Of a stretch of 64,000 bases of DNA, positions 1 through 9,470 are shown one piece after another. Source of the DNA: an uncultured delta proteobacterium (GTDB lineage Bacteria > Myxococcota_A > Polyangia > Fen-1088); assembly GCA_963767925.1 (NCBI GenBank), contig CAVYGB010000010.1, positions 1,696,001 through 1,760,000 of the forward strand. Direction: 5' to 3'. Position 1 is the first letter of the stretch; each line of letters begins with the position of its first letter. The notes under the pieces are model-generated. The model ran no database searches. It was given only the letters and a program-made list of their open reading frames with translations, and was not told the origin of the DNA. A program made the translations under genes and the position numbers.

Positions 1-37
1 GGGCTTACAGCGCTTCGCGCTTGCCCCTCTGTCGGCG

Positions 38-202
38 CTAGTCCCCTGGAAAGGTGATTTCTTGCATATCTCGCCGGTCCTCTTCGTCCCTGGCTGCGTT
101 GCTCGTCGGTTAAATACGCCCGGTATTCGCCCTCCTCGCGCCTTGCCAGGAACGAAGATGCCTCGCCGACATATGCAAGCCTTCACCGTTCCAGGGGACT
201 AG
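38..202. mobile_element. Palindromic MITE-like element, family A, copy 1
   Basis: CTAG at 38-41 and 199-202; imperfect inverted arms 42-94/145-198 (TCCCCTGGAA...TTCCAGGGGA) around a 50-nt core; near-identical inverted copy at 30816-30980. Confidence 0.85.
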
Positions 203-363
203 TGCACCGCTCGCGAAAGATCGTCAAGGCTGCGCCGACGATCCTGCGCCCCCGCTTCGTTGCTCCTCCTCGGAATATGCCGGATATTCGTCGTCGTCGC
301 GCCTCGCGGGGCCGCAGGCTTGTCGGCGGATCCTTGACGCTATTTCGAGAGCTGGTGCACTAG
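199..363. mobile_element. Palindromic MITE-like element, family B, copy 1 (shares CTAG 199-202 with family A)
   Basis: CTAG at both ends; arms 203-255/306-359 (TGCACC...GGTGCA); 50-nt core; near-identical copy at 52985-53148. Confidence 0.85.
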
Positions 364-430
364 CAAGCTCGCGCAGACGCGAGCTGCGCGCCTCCACTCG
401 CCTCAGGGGGGGTCATGGCAGGGAAGGGGA

Positions 431-1366
431 TCAGCCCAGGTCGGAGAGGATGCGGGCGGCGCCGCGGGTGAGGAGGCGGTCGGCGAGGAGCTGGCCGAGG
501 GTGGGGGCTTCCTGGGCGGAGCCTTCGATCTCCTCGCGGAGAATCTCGGTGGCGTCGGGGCGGCCGACCAGAGCGCGGAGGAGGAGGCGGTCGGGCGTGG
601 GGAAGGTGGCGTGGCCGGCCACCGGGGTGTGGCAGCTTCCGCCGAGACCTTTGAGGAGCGCGCGCTCGGCCGCGACCGTGGCCTCGGCAGCGGCGTCGGA
701 GAGCGGGCGGGTCAGGAGGTGGGTGCGGTGGTCGTCCGCGCGGGCCTCGAGCGCCAGCGCGCCCTGGCCGATGGCCGGCAACATGGCAGCCGGATCGAGC
801 CGCTCGGCGATGCGGGCGCCGAAGCCGAGGCGGTCGAGCCCGGCGCAGGCCAGCAGGGCCGCGTCGACAACGCCCTCGCTGACCTTGCGCAGGCGGGTAT
901 CGACATTGCCGCGAAGGATCTCCAGATTCAGGTCGGGCCGCAGCGCCCGGGTCTGGCAGACGCGGCGGAGACTCGAGGTGCCGATGCGGGCCCCGGGCGG
1001 CAGCGTGGCGAGCGTGCCGCCGGTGCGGCTGACGAGCGCGTCGCGGGGATCGGCCCGCGGGGGAATGGCCACCAGGGCCAGGCCGGGCGCGAGCTCGGCG
1101 GGGACGTCCTTCAAGCTGTGCACCGCCAGGTCGACCCGCCGCTCGAGCAGGGCCACCTCGATGTCCTTGACCCAGACCGCCTTGCCGCCCGGCACCGCCA
1201 CCGGCGTGGGGCTGGCCTGGAAGCGGTCCCCCTCGGTGACGATGAAAGACAGCTCGACCGTCAGCCCGGGGTGGGCCGCGCGCAGCAACCCGGCCACGTG
1301 CTCGGCCTGCCAGCGCGCGAGCGCGCTGCCGCGTGTGCCTATGACGAGGCGATCGGAGGCGCTCAC
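431..1366 (-). CDS. hemC: Hydroxymethylbilane synthase (porphobilinogen deaminase)
   Basis: IGTRGSALARWQ, DLAVHSLKDVP, GTSSLRR, LRGNVDTRLRK, GGSCHTP; GTG start overlaps the hemA stop. Confidence 0.95.
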   Translation of the reverse strand: MSASDRLVIGTRGSALARWQAEHVAGLLRAAHPGLTVELSFIVTEGDRFQASPTPVAVPGGKAVWVKDIEVALLERRVDLAVHSLKDVPAELAPGLALVAIPPRADPRDALVSRTGGTLATLPPGARIGTSSLRRVCQTRALRPDLNLEILRGNVDTRLRKVSEGVVDAALLACAGLDRLGFGARIAERLDPAAMLPAIGQGALALEARADDHRTHLLTRPLSDAAAEATVAAERALLKGLGGSCHTPVAGHATFPTPDRLLLRALVGRPDATEILREEIEGSAQEAPTLGQLLADRLLTRGAARILSDLG

Positions 1367-2745
1367 GTCGAGGCCTTCTTCTTGGTCTCGCCCTTGGCCG
1401 GCGGCTTGTCCGCGCGCTCCTCTGACTCGGCCGCCGGATCGGCGCCCAGCGCCTGCAGCGGCGACAGGCCGAACATGCGGTGGGCGGCCTCCACCAGGTT
1501 GACCCCGTCGCTGTCGCTGGCGTCCTTCTTTATCGCCACGCAAGGAGCATGCAACACCTTGGCGGCGATGGCGTCGGCCAGCGCCCGCAGCGACCGGGCC
1601 AGGCGCTCGTCGCCCGCCACCACGCCGGCCAGCGCCCGCTCCAGCTCGCCCTTGGCGATGGCCTCCACCCGCGCGCGCAGCGCCGCGATGGTGGGACCGG
1701 CCGCCCGACCGCGATCGCTGGCGATGAAGCGGCCCAGCTCCTCCTCGACCATGGCCTCGGCCCGGTCGCCCTCCTGGCGGCGATCCTCCAGGTTGTCGGC
1801 CACCACCTTCTGCAGGTCGTCGATGTCGAACAGGTAGACGTCGTCCAGCTCGGCCACCGACGGCTCGATGTCGCGCGGGACGGCGATGTCGATGAGGACG
1901 AGCTGGCGGTTGCGCCGCGTGCGCTGCAGGTCCTTCAGCAGCCGCTTGTGCAGGATCGGCTCGCGCGCCCCGGTCGAGCTGATCACGATGTCCGAGCGGA
2001 CCACCGCCCCCGCGAGGTCCTCCCAGGGCTCGACCGTGGCGGACAGCCGCTGGGCCAGCTCCTGGGCCCGGGCGGGCGTCCGGTTCGTGACGGCCAGGGT
2101 GGCGCCCTCGCGAGCGAGCACCCGGGCGGCCAGGTCGGCCATCTTGCCCGCCCCGATCACCAGCACCCGGCGCCCGGCGAAGCCGCCCCACACCTTGCGC
2201 GCCAGATCGACCGCCACCGAGCTGACCGAGACCCGCTGGGTGGCCATGCCGGTGTCGCGCCGGACCTTGCGGGCCGCCCGGAAGGCCCGCGGAAACACCG
2301 ACCCCAGCACCGGCCCGGCCGCGCCCACCCGGGCGGCCAGCTCGTAGGCCTCCTTGACCTGCCCGAGGATCTGGGGCTCGCCGATCACCAGCGAGTCGAG
2401 CGAGGCCGAGACCCGGAACAGGTGGTGCAAGGCCTCGCGGCGCACCCGGGTGTAGACGTGTTTGCCGAGGATGACGGCCGGGTCGGGGTCACCGTCCTGG
2501 TGCCGTCCGGCCTCCAGCTGCTCGGTCAGGAGCGCCCGCACGTTCGCCACCCCCTCGTCGCAGTCGGAGAAGGCCCCGTAGATCTCGACCCGGTTGCAGG
2601 TGGAGACGATCACCACCTCGCGCACGCCCGGCAGGCCCGCTACCCGCTTGAGGGTGTTTTCGATCTCGCCCGGCACGATGGCCAGGCGCTCGCGCACGGA
2701 CACCGGCGCCGTCCGGTGGGAGAGCCCTATGACGAACAGCTCCAT
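1363..2745 (-). CDS. hemA: Glutamyl-tRNA reductase
   Basis: GLSHRTAPVSVRE, STCNRVEIY, SLDSLVIGEPQILGQVK, GAGKM, DIAVPRDI. Confidence 0.97.
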   Translation of the reverse strand: MELFVIGLSHRTAPVSVRERLAIVPGEIENTLKRVAGLPGVREVVIVSTCNRVEIYGAFSDCDEGVANVRALLTEQLEAGRHQDGDPDPAVILGKHVYTRVRREALHHLFRVSASLDSLVIGEPQILGQVKEAYELAARVGAAGPVLGSVFPRAFRAARKVRRDTGMATQRVSVSSVAVDLARKVWGGFAGRRVLVIGAGKMADLAARVLAREGATLAVTNRTPARAQELAQRLSATVEPWEDLAGAVVRSDIVISSTGAREPILHKRLLKDLQRTRRNRQLVLIDIAVPRDIEPSVAELDDVYLFDIDDLQKVVADNLEDRRQEGDRAEAMVEEELGRFIASDRGRAAGPTIAALRARVEAIAKGELERALAGVVAGDERLARSLRALADAIAAKVLHAPCVAIKKDASDSDGVNLVEAAHRMFGLSPLQALGADPAAESEERADKPPAKGETKKKAST

Positions 2746-2757
2746 GGTCGGGCTCGT

Positions 2758-3588
2758 TCAGGCGGTGTGCCGGAGGAAGTACCCCACCAGGACCAGCGCC
2801 GCCACCGAGAAGCCGCCCACCGTCAACCAGGCCGCGCGCCGCCCCCGCCACCCGGTGGCCAGGCGGGCCAGCAGCAGGCCGCCGAGGACCGCCCAGGCGA
2901 TCACGGTCAGCAGGTATTCGGGCCGCACCGCCGTCCCCGAGCGCAGCAGCCCCAGCTTGGCGATCCAGGCCGCGCCGGTGACGATGGTGAGGGTGAAGAC
3001 CGGAAAGCCGAAAGAGACACAGGCGCCGGCCAGCCGGTCGAGCGTGTCGAGGGGGGCGGCGTCGACCTTGAGGTCGAAGCGCTTGCGCTTGAGCCGCCGC
3101 TCCTGCAGGAGGTATACGACCGCCAGCACCGCGGCCAGGGCGAAGGTGGCGACGCCCACGGTGGCGAGCAGGATGTGGACGGTGGCGAGCGGCGAGCCCA
3201 GCGGGGGCTGCGGCTGCTCGTCGGGGCCGATGCGGGCCAGCAGCAGCAGCACCAGCACCACCGGGACGGCGAAGGCCCCCGCGGCGTGCAGGCGATAGCG
3301 GAAGGTGGCCACCAGGAAGCCAGTGGCGATCAGCCAGGCGATGAAGGCCATGGCCTCGCCAATCGACGCCAGGGGGTGCTGCAGGCGGAAGCAGCGGATG
3401 CCAATGTCGATGAGCTGAAGGGCCCAGGCCGCCGCCAGGAAGTAGCGGGCCGCCCGGGCCGAGGCCGGGCCCAGCCCCACGTGCGGGCGCTTCTGCCCGG
3501 GCGCACGCTGCTGGTGAAACAGGAACGCCAGGTACAGGACCGCCGCCAGGCCGTACAGAACGAGCGAAGAGAGGACCAGCGGCTCCAC
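2758..3588 (-). CDS. CcsA/HemX-like cytochrome c assembly membrane protein
   Basis: Several TM helices, LYLLQERRLK-like and GWRGRRAA motifs, conserved His, position directly upstream of hemA. Confidence 0.8.
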   Translation of the reverse strand: MEPLVLSSLVLYGLAAVLYLAFLFHQQRAPGQKRPHVGLGPASARAARYFLAAAWALQLIDIGIRCFRLQHPLASIGEAMAFIAWLIATGFLVATFRYRLHAAGAFAVPVVLVLLLLARIGPDEQPQPPLGSPLATVHILLATVGVATFALAAVLAVVYLLQERRLKRKRFDLKVDAAPLDTLDRLAGACVSFGFPVFTLTIVTGAAWIAKLGLLRSGTAVRPEYLLTVIAWAVLGGLLLARLATGWRGRRAAWLTVGGFSVAALVLVGYFLRHTA

Positions 3589-3594
3589 GGGTTC

Positions 3595-3951
3595 CTAGTG
3601 TGCTCCTGCGGTCCGCAGGGCGGCCAGGGCGCGGCTGCCCCCCTCGGGCAGCTCGCCCACCGGGATGGCCAGGAAACCGGGCTCGACGTCGTAGGCCGCG
3701 TCGTCGAACAGGACCGACGTCATGTAGGCCTCGGCCCCCAGGGCGTTCATGGCGTCCTCGCCCTTGACCTTGCCGACCAGGTTCCGCCGGTCGTCACCGC
3801 CACCTGCCACCTTGCGAAAGAGGGAGGCGGCCTGCAGGCGGAACGTGCCCGAGCCGTCGCGCAGAGCGAGGATCTCGCCCCGTAGCTCGACCTTTTCCGA
3901 GGATACCCATGCGTCGATGGCCGATTGCGAAATGAAAAGCTTGCCCGCCAT
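3595..3951 (-). CDS. Hypothetical protein (118 aa)
   Basis: Typical codon usage, RBS-like GGGGAAGG, co-oriented with the hem cluster. Confidence 0.7.
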   Translation of the reverse strand: MAGKLFISQSAIDAWVSSEKVELRGEILALRDGSGTFRLQAASLFRKVAGGGDDRRNLVGKVKGEDAMNALGAEAYMTSVLFDDAAYDVEPGFLAIPVGELPEGGSRALAALRTAGAH

Positions 3952-4217
3952 ATTTTATTCCTTCCCCGAACTCCCCTCCCGGACCCCGCCGGCGCGAAGC
4001 GCCGCTCAGATTCGGCTGCGAAGTGCAAAAGTTAGCACAAAGGCCCGGCCACCGACGATCGCCAAAACCCGGCCTGGCAGGCCAGAAACGTAACCGTTGC
4101 CCCCAGGCGGTATCCAAGTCATTACTCGCCCTCGTACCGCCGGGCCTGCTGGCCTGGTGGCGCGTCCCGCGGGGGTCCGAGAGGCCCTTTGGGTCTCTTT
4201 CACAACAGGAGCAGGAA

Positions 4218-4547
4218 ATGGCCAGCCCGAACGTCATCGAGGTGACCGATAGCAACTTCAGCACGGAGATCCTGCAGTCTCCCCTCCCCGTGCTCGTCGA
4301 CTTCTGGGCGGTCTGGTGCGCGCCCTGCCGGGCCATCGCGCCCCACGTCGAGGCCCTGGCCAACGATTACGTCGGCAAGCTCCGGGTCGCCAAGCTCGAC
4401 ATCGACGCCAACCCGGAGATCCCCACCCAGTTCGAGGTGCGCAGCATCCCCACCCTGCTCGTCTTCAAGGAGGGCAAGGTGGTCGGCCAGATCGTCGGTG
4501 CGGTCCCCAAGGCCAAGCTCGAGGAGCTGATCAAGAAGGCGCTCTGA
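4218..4547 (+). CDS. trxA: Thioredoxin
   Basis: PVLVDFWAVWCAPCR, VRSIPTLLVFK; RBS AGGAG upstream. Confidence 0.95.
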   Translation: MASPNVIEVTDSNFSTEILQSPLPVLVDFWAVWCAPCRAIAPHVEALANDYVGKLRVAKLDIDANPEIPTQFEVRSIPTLLVFKEGKVVGQIVGAVPKAKLEELIKKAL

Positions 4548-4597
4548 GCGCGCTCTGACCGAACAACGTCCGCCGGCGGCGCCGTCGCCTTCGCCGT

Positions 4598-5935
4598 TCA
4601 GCCGCGCACGAGCCAGGCGGCGAAGGCGGCCCCCACCACCAGGGCGCCGACCAGCACCCCGATGATCACCGGCCGTGAGAAGCGGCGCATGCCCGACGCT
4701 TCGATCAGGCCTTCGATCTCCTCGGGCGGCGTGGGGTGATAGATCGGCTCGCTGGCGGCCGCCCGCGGGCTGGTCAGGGCGGCGCTCGGGATCGGAGGGG
4801 CGGCGCCCCGGCGGCCGGAGTACTCCGAGTCCTGAGCCCAGTTGCGGGTGTCGACGTATTCCCCGGTCGGGGTGGGCGGGAGCTGCGAGAGCGGGGCCGC
4901 CTGGGGCCGCTCCTCGGCGTTGTCCTGGAAGTCGACCGAGGTGAAGCTCTGGATCTCGTCCTGCAGGAGGGTGTCGATGATGTTGGTGCGCGGCTTGCGC
5001 GTGAGGCCCACAACCGCCGTCTGATCCTCGAGACAGCCGCGCACCAGCTCGGCGATGTCCCGCTGGATCATCTTGAGGCCGCGCGAGAACAGGTACTGGG
5101 CCAGGGCGTCCTGCAGGTCGGTGGCCGACTGGAAGCGATCGTCGGGCCGGCGGGCCAGCGACTTGCGCGCGATCTCCTCCAGCTCCGGCTCGACCTCCGG
5201 GTTCTGGGTGCCGATCGGCGGGATGCGCGAGGCGCGCACCAGCTCGACCGTCTGGTAGTCCGACTCTCCGTAAAAGAGGCGCTTTCCGGTCAACATCTCG
5301 TAGAGCAAGATGCCCACCGCGAAGATGTCGGCCCGGCGGTCCACCTCCTCGCCCCGCGCCGCCTCCGGCGAGAGGTAGCTCATCTTGCCCTTCACCACGC
5401 CGGGGTCGGTGGTCTCGACCTGGACGGCCGCCTTGGCCAGCCCGAAGTCGGTCACCTCGACCTCGCCGTTGCGCGAGAGCAGGACGTTGGGGGGCGAGAC
5501 GTCGCGGTGGACGATGCCGAGCGGGCGTCCCGTCTCGGGATGAATGGCCTCGTGGGCGTAGGCCAGGCCCTTGCAGACCTCCATGATGATGTAGACGGTC
5601 TGGCCGATGGTCAGCAGCCGGGAGATGCGGCGCCGCCACTCGAGGAGCTGCTTGAGGTCGACGCCGTCGACGAACTCCATGACGATGAAGTACGTCTCGT
5701 CGGCGTGGCCGATGTCGAACACCTGGACGATGTTGGCGTGCTGGAGGTGCAGCGACAGCCGCGCCTCGTCCAGGAACATGGCGACGAACTTCTTGTTCTT
5801 CGTCAGCGCCGGCAGAACGCGCTTGATCGCAACGTTCTTGCGGAAGCCCTGGATCGACTCGGCGACCCCCTTGAAGACCTCCGCCATCCCGCCCGCGGCG
5901 ATCCGTTCGGTTATTCGATAGCGGCTATCGGACAT
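4598..5935 (-). CDS. Ser/Thr protein kinase with C-terminal TM anchor
   Basis: GGMAEVF, VAIKR, HRDVSPPN, DFG, YLSPE, DIFAVG; hydrophobic C-terminus. Confidence 0.93.
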   Translation of the reverse strand: MSDSRYRITERIAAGGMAEVFKGVAESIQGFRKNVAIKRVLPALTKNKKFVAMFLDEARLSLHLQHANIVQVFDIGHADETYFIVMEFVDGVDLKQLLEWRRRISRLLTIGQTVYIIMEVCKGLAYAHEAIHPETGRPLGIVHRDVSPPNVLLSRNGEVEVTDFGLAKAAVQVETTDPGVVKGKMSYLSPEAARGEEVDRRADIFAVGILLYEMLTGKRLFYGESDYQTVELVRASRIPPIGTQNPEVEPELEEIARKSLARRPDDRFQSATDLQDALAQYLFSRGLKMIQRDIAELVRGCLEDQTAVVGLTRKPRTNIIDTLLQDEIQSFTSVDFQDNAEERPQAAPLSQLPPTPTGEYVDTRNWAQDSEYSGRRGAAPPIPSAALTSPRAAASEPIYHPTPPEEIEGLIEASGMRRFSRPVIIGVLVGALVVGAAFAAWLVRG

Positions 5936-6128
5936 ACCTGACAGGCTCGGGCTTTACACCTGCGCCCACTATATCAGAGGGAACAGCGTCGTCAGGCACA
6001 ATTGACGCGGAGGACATTGTGTGGAGATCCCCCAGATGGGTCCCCATCACCGCCACCCCCCCGACCACCCGAATGTACTCCTCGCGGACTCGTGAGCGTC
6101 CCGATCGGTCGCCGCGCGAGCCCTGGCG

Positions 6129-6593
6129 TCAGTCCTCGAGCGCGCCGACGCCCGAGATGGGGCGTTCGCCGTCGCCCGACATCTCGTCGCCGCTGGCTTC
6201 TTCGTCGGAGAAGCCGCCCCGCCCGGCCTGGGCGATGGCTGCCTCTTCCTTCTCGCTCTGCTCCTTGCACTCGATGCACAGGGTGGTCACCGGCCGGGCC
6301 AGCAGGCGGCGGAAGGAGATGAACTCGCCGCACTCCTCGCAGACGTCGATGCCGCCGTTTTCCAGGCGGGCGAGCTGCTTGTTTATCTTGCCGAGCAGGA
6401 ACTTCTCCCGGTCGTGGAGCCGCATCTCGGTCGAGAACAGCTCTTCCTCCATCGATTCGTCGATGGAGTCGCGGCCGATGTTCCGCTCGTGGTTCATCGA
6501 GTAGTTGAGCGCGTTCTGGCTGGTACGCTGCAGCCGCTGGCGGGCCTGCTCGAGAACTTTGCGGATCTGGGACTTCTCGGTCTCGGTCAACAT
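6129..6593 (-). CDS. dksA: DksA/TraR C4 zinc-finger transcription factor
   Basis: Coiled coil with DSID tip; CEECG...RLLARPVTTLCIEC. Confidence 0.85.
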   Translation of the reverse strand: MLTETEKSQIRKVLEQARQRLQRTSQNALNYSMNHERNIGRDSIDESMEEELFSTEMRLHDREKFLLGKINKQLARLENGGIDVCEECGEFISFRRLLARPVTTLCIECKEQSEKEEAAIAQAGRGGFSDEEASGDEMSGDGERPISGVGALED

Positions 6594-6711
6594 GGATCCC
6601 TCGAAGGCGGTTCTAAGTAGAGGTCGTCAGGGTCAGCCACAAGTTTAGAAGAAGTCGACAGGCGGGTGGCCCTTTTCCGATCTGTCGCCAGCAGGGCGGG
6701 TTCGCCAGCTA

Positions 6712-7936
6712 CTAGGAAGCCTTCTTCTCTCGTACGAGCTGCGGCCGTCCGCGCGACACCACGACATCCTTCGTGACTACGCATTCGGACACGCCGGTCA
6801 GAGAGGGGATCTCATACATCACATCGAGCATCACTTCCTCAAGAATCGCCCGCAGACCGCGCGCACCCGACTTCCGACGAGCAGCCTCCTCGGCAACGCT
6901 TCGCAAGGCATCCTCTGTGAAGCGCAGCTTGACCCCCTCCATCGCCAGCAGCTTCTCGTACTGCTTGACCAGGGCGTTCTTCGGGTCTCCACAAGATGTT
7001 CACCAGATCGTCCACGTCAAGCTCGTCGGCCGAAACGATGATGGGCAAGTCGGCCCATGAACTCGGGGATCATCCCGTACTTGATGAGATCTTCGGTCCG
7101 GGACATGCGAGCGAAGGGCGTTCTTGTCCTCCTCGCGCCTTGCTCATGGCGGCCCCGAAGCCGAGCCCGCGCGCGCCGACGCGGCGCCGCACGATCTCCT
7201 CCAGCCCGTTGAAGGCCCCCGTGCACACGAACAGGATGTCGGTGGTGTCGACCTGGATCAGCTCCTGCTGCGGGCGGTTGCGGGCGCCGTCGGGAGTGAT
7301 CGAGGCCTGCTTGCCCTCGAGGATCTTCAGCAGCGCCTGCTGCACGCCCTCGCCCGAGACGTCGCGGGTCACCGAGGGGCCCCCGCCCTTGCGGGCGATC
7401 TTGTCGATCTCGTCGATGCAGACGATGCCGCGCGCGGCCTTGTCGGCGTCGTTGCCGGCGTTGCGGTAGAGCGCCTTGATCACGCTGTCGACGTCTTCGC
7501 CGACGTAGCCGGCCTCGGTCAGCGTGGTGGCGTCGGCGATCGCGAAGGGGACGTCGAGCTTGCGAGCGAGCGTCTGCACCAGCAAGGTCTTGCCGCAGCC
7601 GGTGGGGCCCAGCAGCAGGATGTTCCCCTTCTGGATCTCGACGTCGTTCTTGCCGTGCTGGCCGATCCGCTTGTAGTGATTGTAGACGGCGACCGCGAGC
7701 GCCTTCTTGGCGCTGTCCTGACCGACGACGTATTTGTGGAGCTCGTCGTAGATCTCTTTCGGGCGCGGGTAGCGGGGACGTTCGGCCGCTTCCTCCTTGG
7801 CGAGGATGTCGTTGCAGAGCGCGACGCACTCGTCACAGATGAAGACGCGCGGGCCTGAGATGAGCTTTCGCACCTCGCGGCGTCGCTTTCCGCAGAACGA
7901 ACAGTGGAAATCGTCCATCTCGACAGAGTATTGCAT
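6712..7936 (-). CDS. clpX: Clp protease ATPase subunit ClpX (about four +1 frameshifts at ~6985-7140, probably sequencing errors)
   Basis: CSFCGK zinc domain, [38 protein letters not shown] loop, [10 protein letters not shown] spread over successive frames. Confidence 0.9.
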
Positions 7937-8219
7937 CGGCCCCCACCTAAGCCAAGCGTGAGATGGCGTCCCACCTGGGGGGATGGTGCTCCGACGTCTC
8001 GGCCGCTCGGGGTGGAGCCCCTGGAGGGACCTGCTTTTTCCTTCTGGGTCCGCGGAGGTTGCCGGTTCTGGCAGCTCGCCTCGGAGGTGTGCGCTCGCCT
8101 TTCATCGCCACTGTGGGTCCGGGCAGCGCCGCTGTCGATGCCGGCGCAAGGGCCCGAGGCCCGGCCCGGCAGCGAGGCCGCCGGCCACCTGTTATGATGC
8201 AGCCCGCCTCTTGACTTTC

Positions 8220-9224
8220 ATGCCCCCCGCTGGCGATTCCCCGGCCTCCCTGGCCATCTCGCTCGGCGATCCCGCCGGGATCGGCCCCGAAGTCGTGGTG
8301 CGTGCGCTGGCCGCACGCCGCGACTTTCGCGGTGTCATCTTCGGTGACAGCGGCGTCATCGAGCGGGCCGCCGCCGCGGCCGGCGTGGCGCCGCCTCGAC
8401 CCGAAACGATTCGCGCCATCACCCGGCTGCGGCCGGACGAGGTGACGCCGGGCCGCCCCGACGCGCGCTCGGGACAGGCGCAGGTCGCCTACCTGCAGGC
8501 GGCCGTGCAGGCGGTCCTGCGCGGCGAGCACGCCGGCCTGGTCACGGCGCCCATCTCCAAGGAGTGGGCCGGGCGGGCTGGCTTCGGATTTCCCGGACAC
8601 ACGGAGTACCTGGCCGAGGTGGCCGGCGTGACCGACTACGCCATGATGCTCGCCGGCCCCCAGCTCCGGGTGACGCTGGCGACCACCCACCTGGCGTTGC
8701 GGGAGGTCCCGGGCGCGCTGTCGGTGGGCGCCATCGCCTCGGCGATCCGACTCAGCGCCCGTTCGTTGCGCGAAGGTTTCGGGATCGGCGTGCCGCGCGT
8801 CGCGGTCGCCGGTCTCAATCCGCACGCGGGCGAGGCCGGGCGCTTCGGCGACGAGGAGGAGCGCCTGGTGAGACCGGCCATCGCCGAGGCGCGGGCCACC
8901 CTGGCCCGCGAGGGCATCGCCGCCGAGGTCTCGGGGCCCCACGTGCCCGACGTTGTCTTCCGTCAGGCGGCGGGGGGCGCCTTCGATGTGGTGGTGGCGC
9001 TCTACCACGACCAGGGGCTCATCCCGGTCAAGCTGCTCCACTTCGACGAGGCGGTGAACGTCACCCTCGGTCTGCCCTTCGTGCGGACCTCACCGGATCA
9101 CGGCACCGCCTACGACATCGCGGGCAGCGGGCGCGCCCGGCCCGACAGCTTCCTGGCCGCCCTCGACCTGGCGACCGCGCTGGTGAGCCGGCGCCACCCG
9201 GCGCCCGCGGGCCCTGCCCGCTGA
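8220..9224 (+). CDS. pdxA: 4-hydroxythreonine-4-phosphate dehydrogenase
   Basis: GDPAGIGPE, TAPISK, PGHTEYLA, GLNPHAGE, YHDQGLIP, RTSPDHGTA. Confidence 0.95.
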   Translation: MPPAGDSPASLAISLGDPAGIGPEVVVRALAARRDFRGVIFGDSGVIERAAAAAGVAPPRPETIRAITRLRPDEVTPGRPDARSGQAQVAYLQAAVQAVLRGEHAGLVTAPISKEWAGRAGFGFPGHTEYLAEVAGVTDYAMMLAGPQLRVTLATTHLALREVPGALSVGAIASAIRLSARSLREGFGIGVPRVAVAGLNPHAGEAGRFGDEEERLVRPAIAEARATLAREGIAAEVSGPHVPDVVFRQAAGGAFDVVVALYHDQGLIPVKLLHFDEAVNVTLGLPFVRTSPDHGTAYDIAGSGRARPDSFLAALDLATALVSRRHPAPAGPAR

Positions 9225-9470
9225 TCGCCGGCAAGCTGGAGCCAACCGGTCCCCCCCGACCCGAACTTCACCTTTTTGCACGGCTGGACGGGCTTTACCG
9301 GCCGCCGAGACCTATGACTTCCCAGGGCCCGGGTGCTCACCGGGGGAGCGGGCTCGACCAGGGCGGCCAGGCGCCCTCTTTTCCGCCTCCCGGGTTAAAC
9401 TCAGACGGCGCCGCGGCGGTCGGTTCAGCGCCGGACGCGTTCTGCCGTAAACAAACTTCGAGGGTGCGGT

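Noticed and set aside
7128..7143. 16-bp match (CCTCCTCGCGCCTTGC) between clpX and the family A core, at a frameshift site
   Set aside because: Removing one base restores ordinary clpX codons; there are no arms or CTAG, so chance or a polishing artefact is more likely
9225..9470. Possible glmS ribozyme upstream of glmS
   Set aside because: I could not find the conserved ribozyme core in the expected arrangement
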